Of a DNA stretch of 48,253 nt, positions 16,692 through 26,231 are shown piece after piece. The DNA is from an uncultured Oscillospiraceae bacterium (lineage in GTDB: Bacteria > Bacillota > Clostridia > Oscillospirales > Acutalibacteraceae): the NCBI GenBank assembly GCA_905211675.1, contig CAJMBP010000001.1, positions 1 to 48,253 of the forward strand. The letters are read 5' to 3'. The position numbers and the translations under genes are program-made. Positions within the stretch are counted from its first letter, which is position 1. Every line of letters begins with the position of its first letter. A model generated the notes under the pieces. That model was given only the letters and a program-made list of their open reading frames with translations, did no database searches and had not been told where the DNA came from.

Positions 16692-19600
16692 TTATCTTGT
16701 GAATTTAAGTGTTATTATCTCAAAATTAGACACCGGAACTGTAACCTTGTTGTCGCTAAACTCAAGTTCTTCAATCTGATTTTCCATAAGGTCGCACAAA
16801 TATGCCTTTTTAAAGCCCTCTGCAACAGTAACCGTTGCGTTTGCACGGCGGTTAAACGCATCGTACATACGAACTATCATACCGTCATCGTCTTCGGCCT
16901 TTTTAACGGTTTCAACAATTACATTTGCCCTGTCGCATGAAACGAGTGAAAACTCGTCGGCAAGCGCGCCCTTGTTTGCGCAAACCTGCGCTACGGTGAA
17001 GGGTTGATTAAGAGCATAAGCCTCGTTGATAACGCCCGCTTCACGGAAATCGCCTTCATAAGCCATAATTGAATATGTAAGCTTATGGGCACCCTGATCG
17101 GCTTCTTCATTCGGGTACTGACTGCACTTAAGCACGGTTAATTTCATTGTGCTGCCCTCGGTGTTAAAACCGTATTTGCAATCGTTAAGCAGTCCTACTC
17201 CGTAACCGTTTTCGGCAACCGTTACCCATTTATGAGCGCAAACCTCGAACTTTGCCTGATCCCAGCTGGTGTTGCCGTGTGTCGGGCGCTCAATATGACC
17301 GAACTGCGTTTCATAGGTAGCGGTATTGGCGTGAACATCTACCGGGAATGCCACTTTAAGCACCTGATTACGCTCGTGCCAATCAATGTCGGTGTCAAAG
17401 TCAATACGGTCTGTATCCGAATAGAGCCATATATTTTGTATTATTTCGGAATCAAGATATTTTTTAACAACCCTAAAGCCCGCACGACTACCGTCGGTAA
17501 CGGGTGTAATTTGAGCCTCGTCGTCTAACACCCATTTCTTTTGCTTGTAATAATCGGTAATTTCCCAGTTGTCATACAGACGCGGAAAATCTTCAAAAGC
17601 CTGAAATTCGTTGCCGTATTCGCCCGATTTAAACACCTGACGGTTTGCAGATTTATCAAACAATTCGGCAATTCTGCCTGCGTTGTCAAGCGTCATCTTA
17701 TAAAATTTGTTTTCGGCGGTAAGTCCGTTTACAGCAACCCGACACTCATCGTTAAATTTATTTACAACCTTCCAGCCAAAAGCAGGAATTGCTTCTGTAA
17801 GTTCTACCGTCTTACCGCCTACCGTTGCAATGCCGCTACGCTCAAAGCCTGAAGGATTGTAAACAAGCAGACCGCCGTCGGTAGTAATATTCTTTGCGAT
17901 AACGCCGATTTTTTCGTTTATAACACCGTCGGTATATTCGGCAATTTCTTTATAGTCAACATCGGTGCCGTCATAAACATCTTTAATGGAAGAGCCGGGT
18001 ATAATATCGTGGAACTGATTATGCAAAACACGGTTCCAATTATTATAAAGACCCTTTGCGTCATATTCGCTGCCGAGCATTAAGCCGATATACGAAAGGC
18101 CTTCTGCCTTACCTAACGCCTGTTCGCTCTTGCGGTTGCCGCGCTTGTTTTTTGCCATAGAGGTATATGTGCCGCGGTGCAATTCAAGGTAAAGCTCGCC
18201 TACCCACTTTGGTGTGCGTTTTAGTTTTTTGCACGATTCGTCAAATTCTTCACGCTTTTTGTCAAGGTGCTCTATCAAAGTAGGCAATTTTGTAACAGGC
18301 ATACCCGGAATACCCTTTGCCATACGGCGCTGATTTTCGAGCATTTCTTTGGTGGGGCCACCGCCGCCGTCACCGAAACCGTAGGTTGAAAGCGCACGGT
18401 GCGAATACTGCTTTTCAATAAATTTATTCCATGTGCCCTTAATCTCGCTCGGTGTAAGATGCCCAACATAGGTGGTATATCTGTCAGGTTCGATACCCTT
18501 GTAATTTTGCGCAGTTATAAAGTTTGTGAAAATCTCGGTCCCGTCAAGGCCCTCCCACATAAAGCAGTCAACCGGCATGGTGTTGGTTTCATTCCAAGAA
18601 ATTTTCGATGTTACAAAATGGCGGATACCCGATTTTTTAAGTATTTGCGGAATAGCCGCAGAATAACCGAAAACATCGGGCAAAAACAGTATTTTATTGT
18701 CAACGCCGAATTCGTCTTTAAAGAACCTCTTGCCCTGATAAATCTGACGAACAAGACTTTCACCGCTTATAAGGTTGCAGTCTGCCTCAACATACATAGC
18801 GCCTTCGGGTTCCCATCTGCCCTCTTTTACAAGCTGCTTTAATTCCTCATACTTTTCGGGAGCTTCTTCTTTAAGATAGCGGTAAAGCTCGGGCTGAGAA
18901 AGCATAAACTTGTATTCGGGGTATTTTTTCATAAGCGCCAGAGCGTTTGTAAAGCTGCGCTGAATTTTCTCTCTTGTTTGAGCGCGTGCCCAAAGCCACT
19001 CGATGTCGATGTGGGTGTGGGCTATGCAGTCAACAATCGGCTTGCCCTCTTCGGTGCAGATTTTTTCGTAAAATTCCTCTTCGATAAAATCTACGGCACG
19101 GCTTACGCTTGCCTTATATTCATCACTGTAAGGCTTACGGAAATCAATAAGGTTACAGGTCTGCTCTAAAACAGGTATAATTATTTCATGGGCGTCTTCA
19201 TTTTGACGGTGCATCATAAACACATCATAGGGCACCCTTATGTCATAATAAAGCTGTTCGCTTTTTTCATCAAGCTCATACATGGCCATGTGAAGCGGAA
19301 CGTTGTTTTTAATAAGACCCAAGTAAAAATAGTTATACATTGTATATTCGGTATCGGGCTCTAAATAAATCTCGGTGTGATTTGTGTCGACGCCCTGAAC
19401 CATTTCGCCGTTTAAATATATTATGCCCTGCGGATTTGTGCCGTCCCACTCGCCCTCAAAGCCTGTGGTGCACTTTATGTAGTAAGAGGTATTTTCTTTT
19501 TTCGGGGGAGTCTTAAAGCTTGCGCGAAGCCAGTAGTGCGCGTCTCTTCCGGTCATTTTGGTGTCGGCAGTAAAGGGCTGCCAACCGCTTTCGGGAAAAG

Positions 19601-19721
19601 AATTATCGGTTTTGTAACCGCACTTAACATACTCAACGCCCTCAAGGTCGTAAAGCTTTATATTGGCAAACTGCCTGAGCTTTTGCCAGCTTATTCTGAT
19701 TTTTTCATCAACGAATGACAT
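16692..19721 (-). CDS. Alpha-mannosidase, glycoside hydrolase family 38
   Basis: The GH38 N-domain has CIAHTHIDIEWLW..., FLPDVFGYS and ELYLELHRGTYTS. The protein is about 1009 aa. I placed the start at ATG 19721 (MSFVDEK) after GAAAGGCGG; the ORF-track TTG at 19739 overlaps that RBS. Confidence 0.92.
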   Translation of the reverse strand: MSFVDEKIRISWQKLRQFANIKLYDLEGVEYVKCGYKTDNSFPESGWQPFTADTKMTGRDAHYWLRASFKTPPKKENTSYYIKCTTGFEGEWDGTNPQGIIYLNGEMVQGVDTNHTEIYLEPDTEYTMYNYFYLGLIKNNVPLHMAMYELDEKSEQLYYDIRVPYDVFMMHRQNEDAHEIIIPVLEQTCNLIDFRKPYSDEYKASVSRAVDFIEEEFYEKICTEEGKPIVDCIAHTHIDIEWLWARAQTREKIQRSFTNALALMKKYPEYKFMLSQPELYRYLKEEAPEKYEELKQLVKEGRWEPEGAMYVEADCNLISGESLVRQIYQGKRFFKDEFGVDNKILFLPDVFGYSAAIPQILKKSGIRHFVTSKISWNETNTMPVDCFMWEGLDGTEIFTNFITAQNYKGIEPDRYTTYVGHLTPSEIKGTWNKFIEKQYSHRALSTYGFGDGGGGPTKEMLENQRRMAKGIPGMPVTKLPTLIEHLDKKREEFDESCKKLKRTPKWVGELYLELHRGTYTSMAKNKRGNRKSEQALGKAEGLSYIGLMLGSEYDAKGLYNNWNRVLHNQFHDIIPGSSIKDVYDGTDVDYKEIAEYTDGVINEKIGVIAKNITTDGGLLVYNPSGFERSGIATVGGKTVELTEAIPAFGWKVVNKFNDECRVAVNGLTAENKFYKMTLDNAGRIAELFDKSANRQVFKSGEYGNEFQAFEDFPRLYDNWEITDYYKQKKWVLDDEAQITPVTDGSRAGFRVVKKYLDSEIIQNIWLYSDTDRIDFDTDIDWHERNQVLKVAFPVDVHANTATYETQFGHIERPTHGNTSWDQAKFEVCAHKWVTVAENGYGVGLLNDCKYGFNTEGSTMKLTVLKCSQYPNEEADQGAHKLTYSIMAYEGDFREAGVINEAYALNQPFTVAQVCANKGALADEFSLVSCDRANVIVETVKKAEDDDGMIVRMYDAFNRRANATVTVAEGFKKAYLCDLMENQIEELEFSDNKVTVPVSNFEIITLKFTR

Positions 19722-19763
19722 TTTAAAACCGCCTTTCAAAACTATTGTTCTGTGACTTCATTT

Positions 19764-19777
19764 TAGCATATATGCTA
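19764..19777. promoter_or_regulatory. 14-bp perfect palindrome in the divergent GH38/AraC intergenic region (candidate operator)
   Basis: TAGCATATATGCTA is self-complementary. It is flanked by ATTGTT (19744-19749) / AACAAT (19785-19790). Confidence 0.35.
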
Positions 19778-19838
19778 TTGAAAAACAATCGCTAATGTGA
19801 TATTATAGTTATGGTATTTTGATATTAGGAGCAATATT

Positions 19839-20681
19839 ATGAACCCGAAATTTCTTACCGACGATTATGAATTTAACGGAAAGCTTGAGTGCTTATACCG
19901 ATATGTTTACAGTGACACCGAAAACTTCGACCCCCATTACCACGAATTTTACGAGTTTTTTCTTATTTTAGACGGCAATGCCTTACATTTAATAAACAAC
20001 ACAAAGATACCGCTTACAAAGGGTAGTCTTGTATTTATACGCCCAAACGACATTCACGATTATGTTTGCATAAATTCAGAGCCGTTTTCATTGCTTAATA
20101 TTTCTTTTACAAAAAATACTGCCGAACAGATTTTTAATTTTTTGGGTGAAGGGTTTCCGAGCAGGCAGCTTACCGAATCGGCCGTTCCGCCCGAAATTCA
20201 CCTGAACGAATACGAATTCAGGCGTTTTAACAATCGAATTGCAAGCATTAAGGCCATAAATCCGCAAAATACCGAACAGCTTAAAACAGCGCTGCGCACA
20301 TTTCTTTTTGATATATTCATACGGTATTTTTCGTCGGATGAACAAGCACACGAGGATATGCCGATTTGGTTAGAGCAAATGTGCGATAAAATTAAAAAAA
20401 ACGGAAACTTCGCCTTAGGCTCGGATTATTTTTTCAGTCTTTCGGACAAAAGCCGTGAACACATATCACGTTGCTTAAAAAAGCACACGGGCATGACGGT
20501 TACCGAATACATAAACTCAATCAGGCTTAATTATATTGCAAATATGCTGCGTAACTCAAATTTCAGTATTTCGAGCATAATTTTTGACAGCGGTTTTAAT
20601 AACATCAGCTGGGCATGCGAACAGTTTAAAGAAAAATACGGCGTTTCGATGCGTGAATACCGAAACAATGCAAAAAATTAG
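19839..20681 (+). CDS. AraC-family transcriptional regulator (cupin sensor plus HTH)
   Basis: The N-terminal cupin is HYHEFYEFFLILDG..IRPNDIH. The C-terminal double HTH is ...VTEYINSIRLNYIANML...GFNNISWACEQFKEKYGVS. The RBS is AGGAG. Confidence 0.9.
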   Translation: MNPKFLTDDYEFNGKLECLYRYVYSDTENFDPHYHEFYEFFLILDGNALHLINNTKIPLTKGSLVFIRPNDIHDYVCINSEPFSLLNISFTKNTAEQIFNFLGEGFPSRQLTESAVPPEIHLNEYEFRRFNNRIASIKAINPQNTEQLKTALRTFLFDIFIRYFSSDEQAHEDMPIWLEQMCDKIKKNGNFALGSDYFFSLSDKSREHISRCLKKHTGMTVTEYINSIRLNYIANMLRNSNFSISSIIFDSGFNNISWACEQFKEKYGVSMREYRNNAKN

Positions 20682-20682
20682 C

Positions 20683-20719
20683 AAAACTCCCGACAATTGC
20701 CTAATTGTCGGGAGTTTTT
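20683..20719. terminator. Bidirectional rho-independent terminator
   Basis: A 16-bp perfect stem AAAACTCCCGACAATT / AATTGTCGGGAGTTTT with loop GCCT. Confidence 0.85.
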
Positions 20720-20721
20720 AA

Positions 20722-21711
20722 TTAAAATGAATTTTCTTTTGTGAATTTAATAAGCTCGTCAACGGTAGAAAATGCCAAGCCCACAACGGTGTCTGCCGCG
20801 CCATAGTAAAGTGCTATTCTGCCTGTATCGGCATCGCACAGTGTTGATACGGGAAAAACAACATTGGGCACATCTCCGATGCGCTCATATTGCTCACGCG
20901 GGCTTAAAACATAGTGCTTTGTGCGGTAAAGCACCTTTGTAGGATCGTCGCGGTCAAGCAACGCCGCACCCACCATATAAAGCAGACCGTTACAGGTTCC
21001 CCTTACGCCGTGATAGATAAGCAGCCAACCCTCATCGGTTTCTATAGGTGTGGGACCGCCGCCGATTTTTGAATTCTGCCAACCCGTAGCCGGACTCATA
21101 ACAAGGCGATGCTTGCCCCAATAAACCAAATCGGGACTCTCGCTGCTGTATATGCTGCCATTACCCGGTGCGCCGTGGCCCGCCTCGCTGGGGCGTGAAA
21201 GCATAAAATATTTACCGTTTATTTTTCTCGGAAACAATACGCCGTTGCGGTTATAGGGCAAAAACGCATTTTCCATTCGATAAAATTTTTCAAAATCATC
21301 GGTATATGCCATTCCGATTGTCGGGTCCCAATTTGACATACCGGTGCACCAAATTATGTAATATCTGCCGTCAATTTCACAAATACGCGGGTCATAACCG
21401 TAAACATAGGGTACGCCTTCGATTGTGTTTTCAAATTGCAACGGTTCATCGTCTATTTGCCAGTGTATGCCGTCCGTACTTTTGCCTTTATGAAGCTTGG
21501 GTATCCAGTCGGTACGGTCGCAACGGAATATTCCTCTGAATTCACCCTTGTATGCTACTACCGAGCTGTTAAACAGGCTGTTTGCTTTTTTTACATCTTT
21601 GTAGGTCAGTATGGGGTTATCGCTGTATCTCCAAAAAATGTCATCACAGCCTGCAGGTCTGTCCTGCCAGGGCATATTCGGTATTGACCTGCCGTTTATT
21701 ACCTTTGCCAT
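20722..21711 (-). CDS. GH130-family beta-mannoside phosphorylase/glycosidase
   Basis: The 329-aa protein has NPIL...NSSVV...G.FRCD, YGYDPRI, PRKINGKY.MLSRP and IGGGPTPIETDEGWLLIYHGV. These are five-bladed-propeller GH130 blocks. The size fits the short GH130_2-like enzymes. Confidence 0.85.
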   Translation of the reverse strand: MAKVINGRSIPNMPWQDRPAGCDDIFWRYSDNPILTYKDVKKANSLFNSSVVAYKGEFRGIFRCDRTDWIPKLHKGKSTDGIHWQIDDEPLQFENTIEGVPYVYGYDPRICEIDGRYYIIWCTGMSNWDPTIGMAYTDDFEKFYRMENAFLPYNRNGVLFPRKINGKYFMLSRPSEAGHGAPGNGSIYSSESPDLVYWGKHRLVMSPATGWQNSKIGGGPTPIETDEGWLLIYHGVRGTCNGLLYMVGAALLDRDDPTKVLYRTKHYVLSPREQYERIGDVPNVVFPVSTLCDADTGRIALYYGAADTVVGLAFSTVDELIKFTKENSF

Positions 21712-21797
21712 AAAAAATCAGCCTCCGATATATTTTATAAGTTAAATATATCAGAAGCCGATACCAATAACAAGAATTATTTTTACTAAACAGGGAA

Positions 21798-22601
21798 TTA
21801 TTTTGCCGTTTTTGCGTATTCGCTCGGCGTAACGCCGTAAAGCTTTTTAAACCGCTTGGTAAAGTTACGAACACCCGTAAAACCGCTTTCTAAACAGGCG
21901 TCTATAACGCTGTTACCGTTTCTGAGCAATTTTTTTGCATAACTGAAACGGCATTCGGCAAGATAATCGGTAAAACAAACGCCGGTCCGCCGCTTAAACT
22001 CGCGGCTGAAATACGACGGTGAAATATGAAACCTTTGACTTATAATGTCAAGGGTAATTTTATTTCTGAAATTTATATTTATATACCCAATAGCCTGAGA
22101 AACGCTGTCGCCCGAATTATTGCCGACTGCATTTTTTGCCCTGCGCCCAAAAAGATTAACAATTATAAGTTCTGTAAGATTTTTTAGCTGCAATTCGGCA
22201 TAATGGCCGTTTGCCGTAAAAATTTCAATCAGACGCTCAAAATCGCTGATGTTTTTTTCGCCGGCGTCTTTGACAATATCGGCTTTAAGTGAAGAAATCA
22301 AAGCCGAAATTTCAGGCGACATATCCTTCGAATAAAAATGCAGAGTGATTGTTTTTATGTTTTGCGCTTCAAAGCCATGGAAGTCCATAGGTGTAATAAA
22401 AACTATGTCTCCCCGCCTTACAGGGTAAGCGGCGCCGTTTATAAGATGCGTGCCCTGCCCCTCGGATATATATTCCAATTCATAAAAATCGTGCTGATGA
22501 AGCGGGTAATGTTTGTTTATCACATTACGGCAGACAAAAAAGTCACCGATTTTTACGCAGTCACCCTGATCATAAAAATAAGGTGTTTTCCTGTTTTTCA
22601 T
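21798..22601 (-). CDS. AraC-family transcriptional regulator
   Basis: Cupin HQHDFYELEYISEG plus a C-terminal AraC HTH pair (SPSYFSREFKRRTG...GFTGVRNFTKRFKKLYGVTPSEY). The start is 5 nt after the ABC ATPase stop and has no independent SD. Confidence 0.9.
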   Translation of the reverse strand: MKNRKTPYFYDQGDCVKIGDFFVCRNVINKHYPLHQHDFYELEYISEGQGTHLINGAAYPVRRGDIVFITPMDFHGFEAQNIKTITLHFYSKDMSPEISALISSLKADIVKDAGEKNISDFERLIEIFTANGHYAELQLKNLTELIIVNLFGRRAKNAVGNNSGDSVSQAIGYININFRNKITLDIISQRFHISPSYFSREFKRRTGVCFTDYLAECRFSYAKKLLRNGNSVIDACLESGFTGVRNFTKRFKKLYGVTPSEYAKTAK

Positions 22602-22606
22602 AACCG

Positions 22607-23401
22607 TTATGAAAGCAGCATACGGTCATTATTTAATTCTTCACCCGAAGAAATCTTGAACTTTTCAAGAAGGTCTGCCGTGGTAAGATTTTTCTTTTCT
22701 TCGCCCGAAACATCAAAAATAATTTTACCGTTGCTCATCATTACAATTCGGTTGCCTATACGAATGGCATCTGCCATATTATGGGTAATCATAATGGTTG
22801 TCAGGTTGTTTTCGGCAACTATTTCTTCGGTAATATCAAGCACCATTTTAGCGGTTTTAGGGTCAAGCGCCGCCGTGTGCTCATCAAGTAAAAGAAGCTT
22901 GGGCTTTTTGAGCGTCGCCATAAGAAGTGTAAGTGCCTGACGCTGACCGCCCGAGAGCAAGCCTACCTTTGAAGTGAGTCGGCTTTCAAGACCTAAATCA
23001 AGTTTTTTAAGTAATTCCTTATATTCCGCTTTTTCTTTTGAAGTAATACCGGATTTCAATGTGCGTGACATTCCTCGACGTGCCGCAAGCGCTAAGTTTT
23101 CATCAATTTGCATTGTGGCGGCAGTTCCGTTCATAGGGTCTTGGAAAACGCGCCCTAAATATTTTGCTCGTTTATACTCGGGCAACCTTGTAACATCGAC
23201 TCCGTCTATTATAATTTGTCCGCAATCAACGGGGTAAACGCCCGCTATCATATTAAGCATGGTTGATTTTCCCGCGCCGTTGCCGCCGATTACCGTGACA
23301 AAATCACCCTCATTAAGCGTAAGGTTGATGCCGTTAAGCGCTAATTTTTCATTAACCGTATTAGGATTGAATACCTTTGATACATTTTTAATTTCAAGCA
23401 T
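22607..23401 (-). CDS. ABC transporter ATP-binding protein (COG1101-type, partner of the COG2984/COG4120 importer)
   Basis: Walker A GGNGAGKST, signature LSGGQRQA, Walker B LLLLDEHTAALD. I placed the start at ATG 23401 (MLEIKNV) after GGAGGT; it overlaps the permease stop. Confidence 0.9.
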   Translation of the reverse strand: MLEIKNVSKVFNPNTVNEKLALNGINLTLNEGDFVTVIGGNGAGKSTMLNMIAGVYPVDCGQIIIDGVDVTRLPEYKRAKYLGRVFQDPMNGTAATMQIDENLALAARRGMSRTLKSGITSKEKAEYKELLKKLDLGLESRLTSKVGLLSGGQRQALTLLMATLKKPKLLLLDEHTAALDPKTAKMVLDITEEIVAENNLTTIMITHNMADAIRIGNRIVMMSNGKIIFDVSGEEKKNLTTADLLEKFKISSGEELNNDRMLLS

Positions 23402-24323
23402 CTTCCTTACCTCCTGCCTTAATAACATTTGATTTTACAAGCTTGCTTTTCCAGAAAGGAATAGCAAGAAATACGGCAACTATTATTGCAGAAAGAAGTT
23501 TAAGCAGGTTTGCGTCAAATCCGAGCGTAATAACCGCTTGAACAACTATATAGTAAATCACCGAGCCAAGCACTACCGCAAGCAGTTTAAGGGCGAAGTT
23601 TTTAAATATTTTTCCAAATAACGCTTCACCTATAATAACTGCCGCAAGGCCTATTACGATTGCGCCGCGTCCCATATTTACATCGGCAAAGCCTTGATAC
23701 TGTGTAAGAAGGGCGCCCGAAAATGCAACAAGGCCGTTTGAAAGCATAAGCCCTAATATTTTATTAAAGTTTGTGTTTATTCCCTGTGCGCGGCTCATAT
23801 TTATGTTTGCGCCGGTGGCGCGTATAGAACAACCCATTTCTGTTCCGAAAAACCAATAAAGAACTGCTATAAGCACTATTATTATTATTCCTACCGTGAT
23901 AATAGGATTATGCATGGCAAAATCTTTTACCCATCTTAAAGAAATAAGAAGGTCGGTATTGTTAACATTTACCGATTGATTTGATTTTCCCAAAATTTTG
24001 AGATTTATTGAGTAAAGCGAAAGTTGAGAGAGAATTCCCGAAAGAATGGCGGGTATGCCCATAAACACATGAAAAACGCCCGTCATAAATCCCGTAAGTA
24101 TTCCGGCAATAAACGCCATAAGCATTGAAAGCCATAAATTCATTCCGCTTAATATGCACATAACACCAACGGCGCCGCCGGTTGCAAACGAACCGTCAAC
24201 CGTAAGGTCGGCAATATCAAGAATTCTGTATGTTATATAAATGCCGATTGCCATAATACCCCAGATAAGTCCTTGAGATATAGAACCCGGCAACGCATTT
24301 AACAGTTGAATAATAACACCCAT
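23394..24323 (-). CDS. ABC transporter permease (COG4120 / branched-chain-like fold)
   Basis: A polytopic 309-aa protein. The RBS is AGGAGAAAAAA. It sits between the cognate SBP and ATPase genes. Confidence 0.88.
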   Translation of the reverse strand: MGVIIQLLNALPGSISQGLIWGIMAIGIYITYRILDIADLTVDGSFATGGAVGVMCILSGMNLWLSMLMAFIAGILTGFMTGVFHVFMGIPAILSGILSQLSLYSINLKILGKSNQSVNVNNTDLLISLRWVKDFAMHNPIITVGIIIIVLIAVLYWFFGTEMGCSIRATGANINMSRAQGINTNFNKILGLMLSNGLVAFSGALLTQYQGFADVNMGRGAIVIGLAAVIIGEALFGKIFKNFALKLLAVVLGSVIYYIVVQAVITLGFDANLLKLLSAIIVAVFLAIPFWKSKLVKSNVIKAGGKEDA

Positions 24324-24346
24324 TTTTTTCTCCTAAAACAACAAGC

Positions 24347-24374
24347 CAAGGGAGAAATATTAATTTCTCCCTTG
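24347..24374 (-). promoter_or_regulatory. Intra-operon stem-loop between the SBP and permease genes (mRNA stabiliser or partial terminator)
   Basis: A 12-bp perfect stem CAAGGGAGAAAT / ATTTCTCCCTTG with a 4-nt loop. It is followed on the minus strand by GCTTGTTGTTTT. Confidence 0.55.
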
Positions 24375-24403
24375 TCGGAAATATGTTTATAATATCTTAA
24401 AGA

Positions 24404-25363
24404 TTATTCTTCGATAGCAACATAGCCTTCAAGAGGTGTGATGCCCAAAGCATCGCAAACAGCCGCATTGTATTTTTTGGTAGTGGTTGTGTATTCAACG
24501 GGCATTTCCGAAATGTTTGCTTCGCCCTTAAGAATTTTAGCCGCCATCTTACCGGTTGTTCTGCCGAGATCCTCGTAGCTGATTGAAAGCGTAGCAACGC
24601 CGCAACCCTTGCATATACCCTCTTCACCTGCGATTACGGGCACCTTTGCGGTTTGGCAGATAGAATCGATAATACCTGTGTTGTCGGCAACCGTGTTGTC
24701 GGTGGGCACATAGATTACATCATTGTTTTCAACAGCAGTTGTGCAAACCGATGAAATATCGTTAGAGTCTGCAAAAGGATACAGTGTAGCGGTAAGACCG
24801 GCTTTTTCGAGCTTTGCCTTAACAACATCAACCTGATATTTGCTGTTTGCCTCTGCCGAGCAGTAAATAAGACCTACATTCTTTGCATTCGGGAACCACT
24901 CGGTAACCATAGCTGCCTGCTGATCAAGAGGAGCCAAATCCGAAGTGCCCGAAACATTGCCGCCTACGGTACCGTTGAAGTCTTTAATGTTAAGAGCAAC
25001 GCCGTATTCTGTAATAGATGTACCCAAAATCGGAATTTCGGATGTTGCGGCAGCCGCAGCCTGCAATGCAGGTGTAGCATTTGCCAAAATTAAATCAACC
25101 TTATTTGAAACAAACTGGTTTGCTATTGTAGAGCAGGTGTTTGAATCGTTTTGACCGCTTTGGAAGTCAAATACAACCGCATCTTCGCCAAGCTCTTCAA
25201 TCAGAGCATCCTTAAAGCCCTTTGTTGCGGCATCAAGCGCGGGATGCTCGGTAAGCTGAACAATACCTACTTTGTATTTGCCGTCATCCTTACTGCCGCA
25301 GCCTGCAAATGCACCGCAAATCAAAACTGCTGCCAAAACTATTGCTAAAACTTTTTTCAACAT
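24404..25363 (-). CDS. ABC transporter substrate-binding lipoprotein (ABC_sub_bind / COG2984 family)
   Basis: The lipobox is LICGAFAGC|GS. YKVGIVQLTEHPALDAA..GF...L and VDLILANATPALQAA are family blocks. Confidence 0.9.
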   Translation of the reverse strand: MLKKVLAIVLAAVLICGAFAGCGSKDDGKYKVGIVQLTEHPALDAATKGFKDALIEELGEDAVVFDFQSGQNDSNTCSTIANQFVSNKVDLILANATPALQAAAAATSEIPILGTSITEYGVALNIKDFNGTVGGNVSGTSDLAPLDQQAAMVTEWFPNAKNVGLIYCSAEANSKYQVDVVKAKLEKAGLTATLYPFADSNDISSVCTTAVENNDVIYVPTDNTVADNTGIIDSICQTAKVPVIAGEEGICKGCGVATLSISYEDLGRTTGKMAAKILKGEANISEMPVEYTTTTKKYNAAVCDALGITPLEGYVAIEE

Positions 25364-25434
25364 TTAGATTTCCCCCAAACAATTACTTTAAAATTTTATT
25401 GCTTTAACGCTTTTATGCGTTAAAGTACGGTATT

Positions 25435-25463
25435 ATTATACTATCACCCGTGCAATAAGTCAA
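25435..25463 (-). promoter_or_regulatory. SigA-type promoter for the ABC importer operon
   Basis: On the minus strand: TTGACT (25463-25458), a 17-nt spacer, TATAAT (25440-25435). The leader carries the hairpin CTTTAACGC-ATAAAA-GCGTTAAAG. Confidence 0.55.
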
Positions 25464-25490
25464 GCGTTTTATTTTAATCGACAGCGGAAA

Positions 25491-26216
25491 TTATTTGTAA
25501 ACGGCAATACCCTTTCGCTTGTGCTCGCTCGCTTTATGCATACGCTCGATTATTTTTTTGTTTTCTTCGGCGATATTGCCGCCGTTTATATATGCGTCAA
25601 GCTCGGCATAGCTTACGCCCATTTCGGTTTCATCGGTCTGCCCGTCAAAGAGCGCCGCCGACGGTGCCTTTTCGATTATACGGACAGGGGCGTCAAGGTA
25701 TTTTAAAAATTCGTACACTTCGGTAACGGTAAGGTCGGCTATAGGATTAAAGTCGTGCGCGCCGTCACCCCATTTGGTGAAATAACCAACATAAGCCTCG
25801 CTTTTATTGCCGGTGCCTGCAACCAAACGGCCCTCCGCCGCGGCAACCGCATAAAGAGTAAGCATACGAAGTCGCGGAGCTATGTTTGCAAGCGCCGCGG
25901 AATTCATTTCGGCAACGCCCTCAAGCGCTTTGAGCTCGGCTTCTTTTACGGGGGTTAAATCAACCGTGCGTGTTTCGATACCGTACCTTTCGGCAACCGA
26001 TTTTGCATCGGCGGTGTCCTCATCGTAATTTCTTTTGGAGGTGCAGGGCAGTATAATACCCACCGTGTTGTCGCACGCCGCTTTACAGAGTATTCCCACC
26101 AAGGCGGAATCTTTACCTCCGCTGTTTCCGAAAACAATACCCTTTGAGCCGCTGTCGGCAAGAATATTTTTTATAAAAGCAACCCTTTTTTCAAATTCAA
26201 CCTTGTAATCACGCAT
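25491..26216 (-). CDS. nadE: NAD+ synthetase, single-domain (NadE1-type) enzyme
   Basis: The PP-loop is GNSGGKDSAL. There are 241 aa with no fused C-N hydrolase domain. The RBS is AAGAGG. Confidence 0.92.
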   Translation of the reverse strand: MRDYKVEFEKRVAFIKNILADSGSKGIVFGNSGGKDSALVGILCKAACDNTVGIILPCTSKRNYDEDTADAKSVAERYGIETRTVDLTPVKEAELKALEGVAEMNSAALANIAPRLRMLTLYAVAAAEGRLVAGTGNKSEAYVGYFTKWGDGAHDFNPIADLTVTEVYEFLKYLDAPVRIIEKAPSAALFDGQTDETEMGVSYAELDAYINGGNIAEENKKIIERMHKASEHKRKGIAVYK

Positions 26217-26231
26217 AAAAATAACCTCTTT

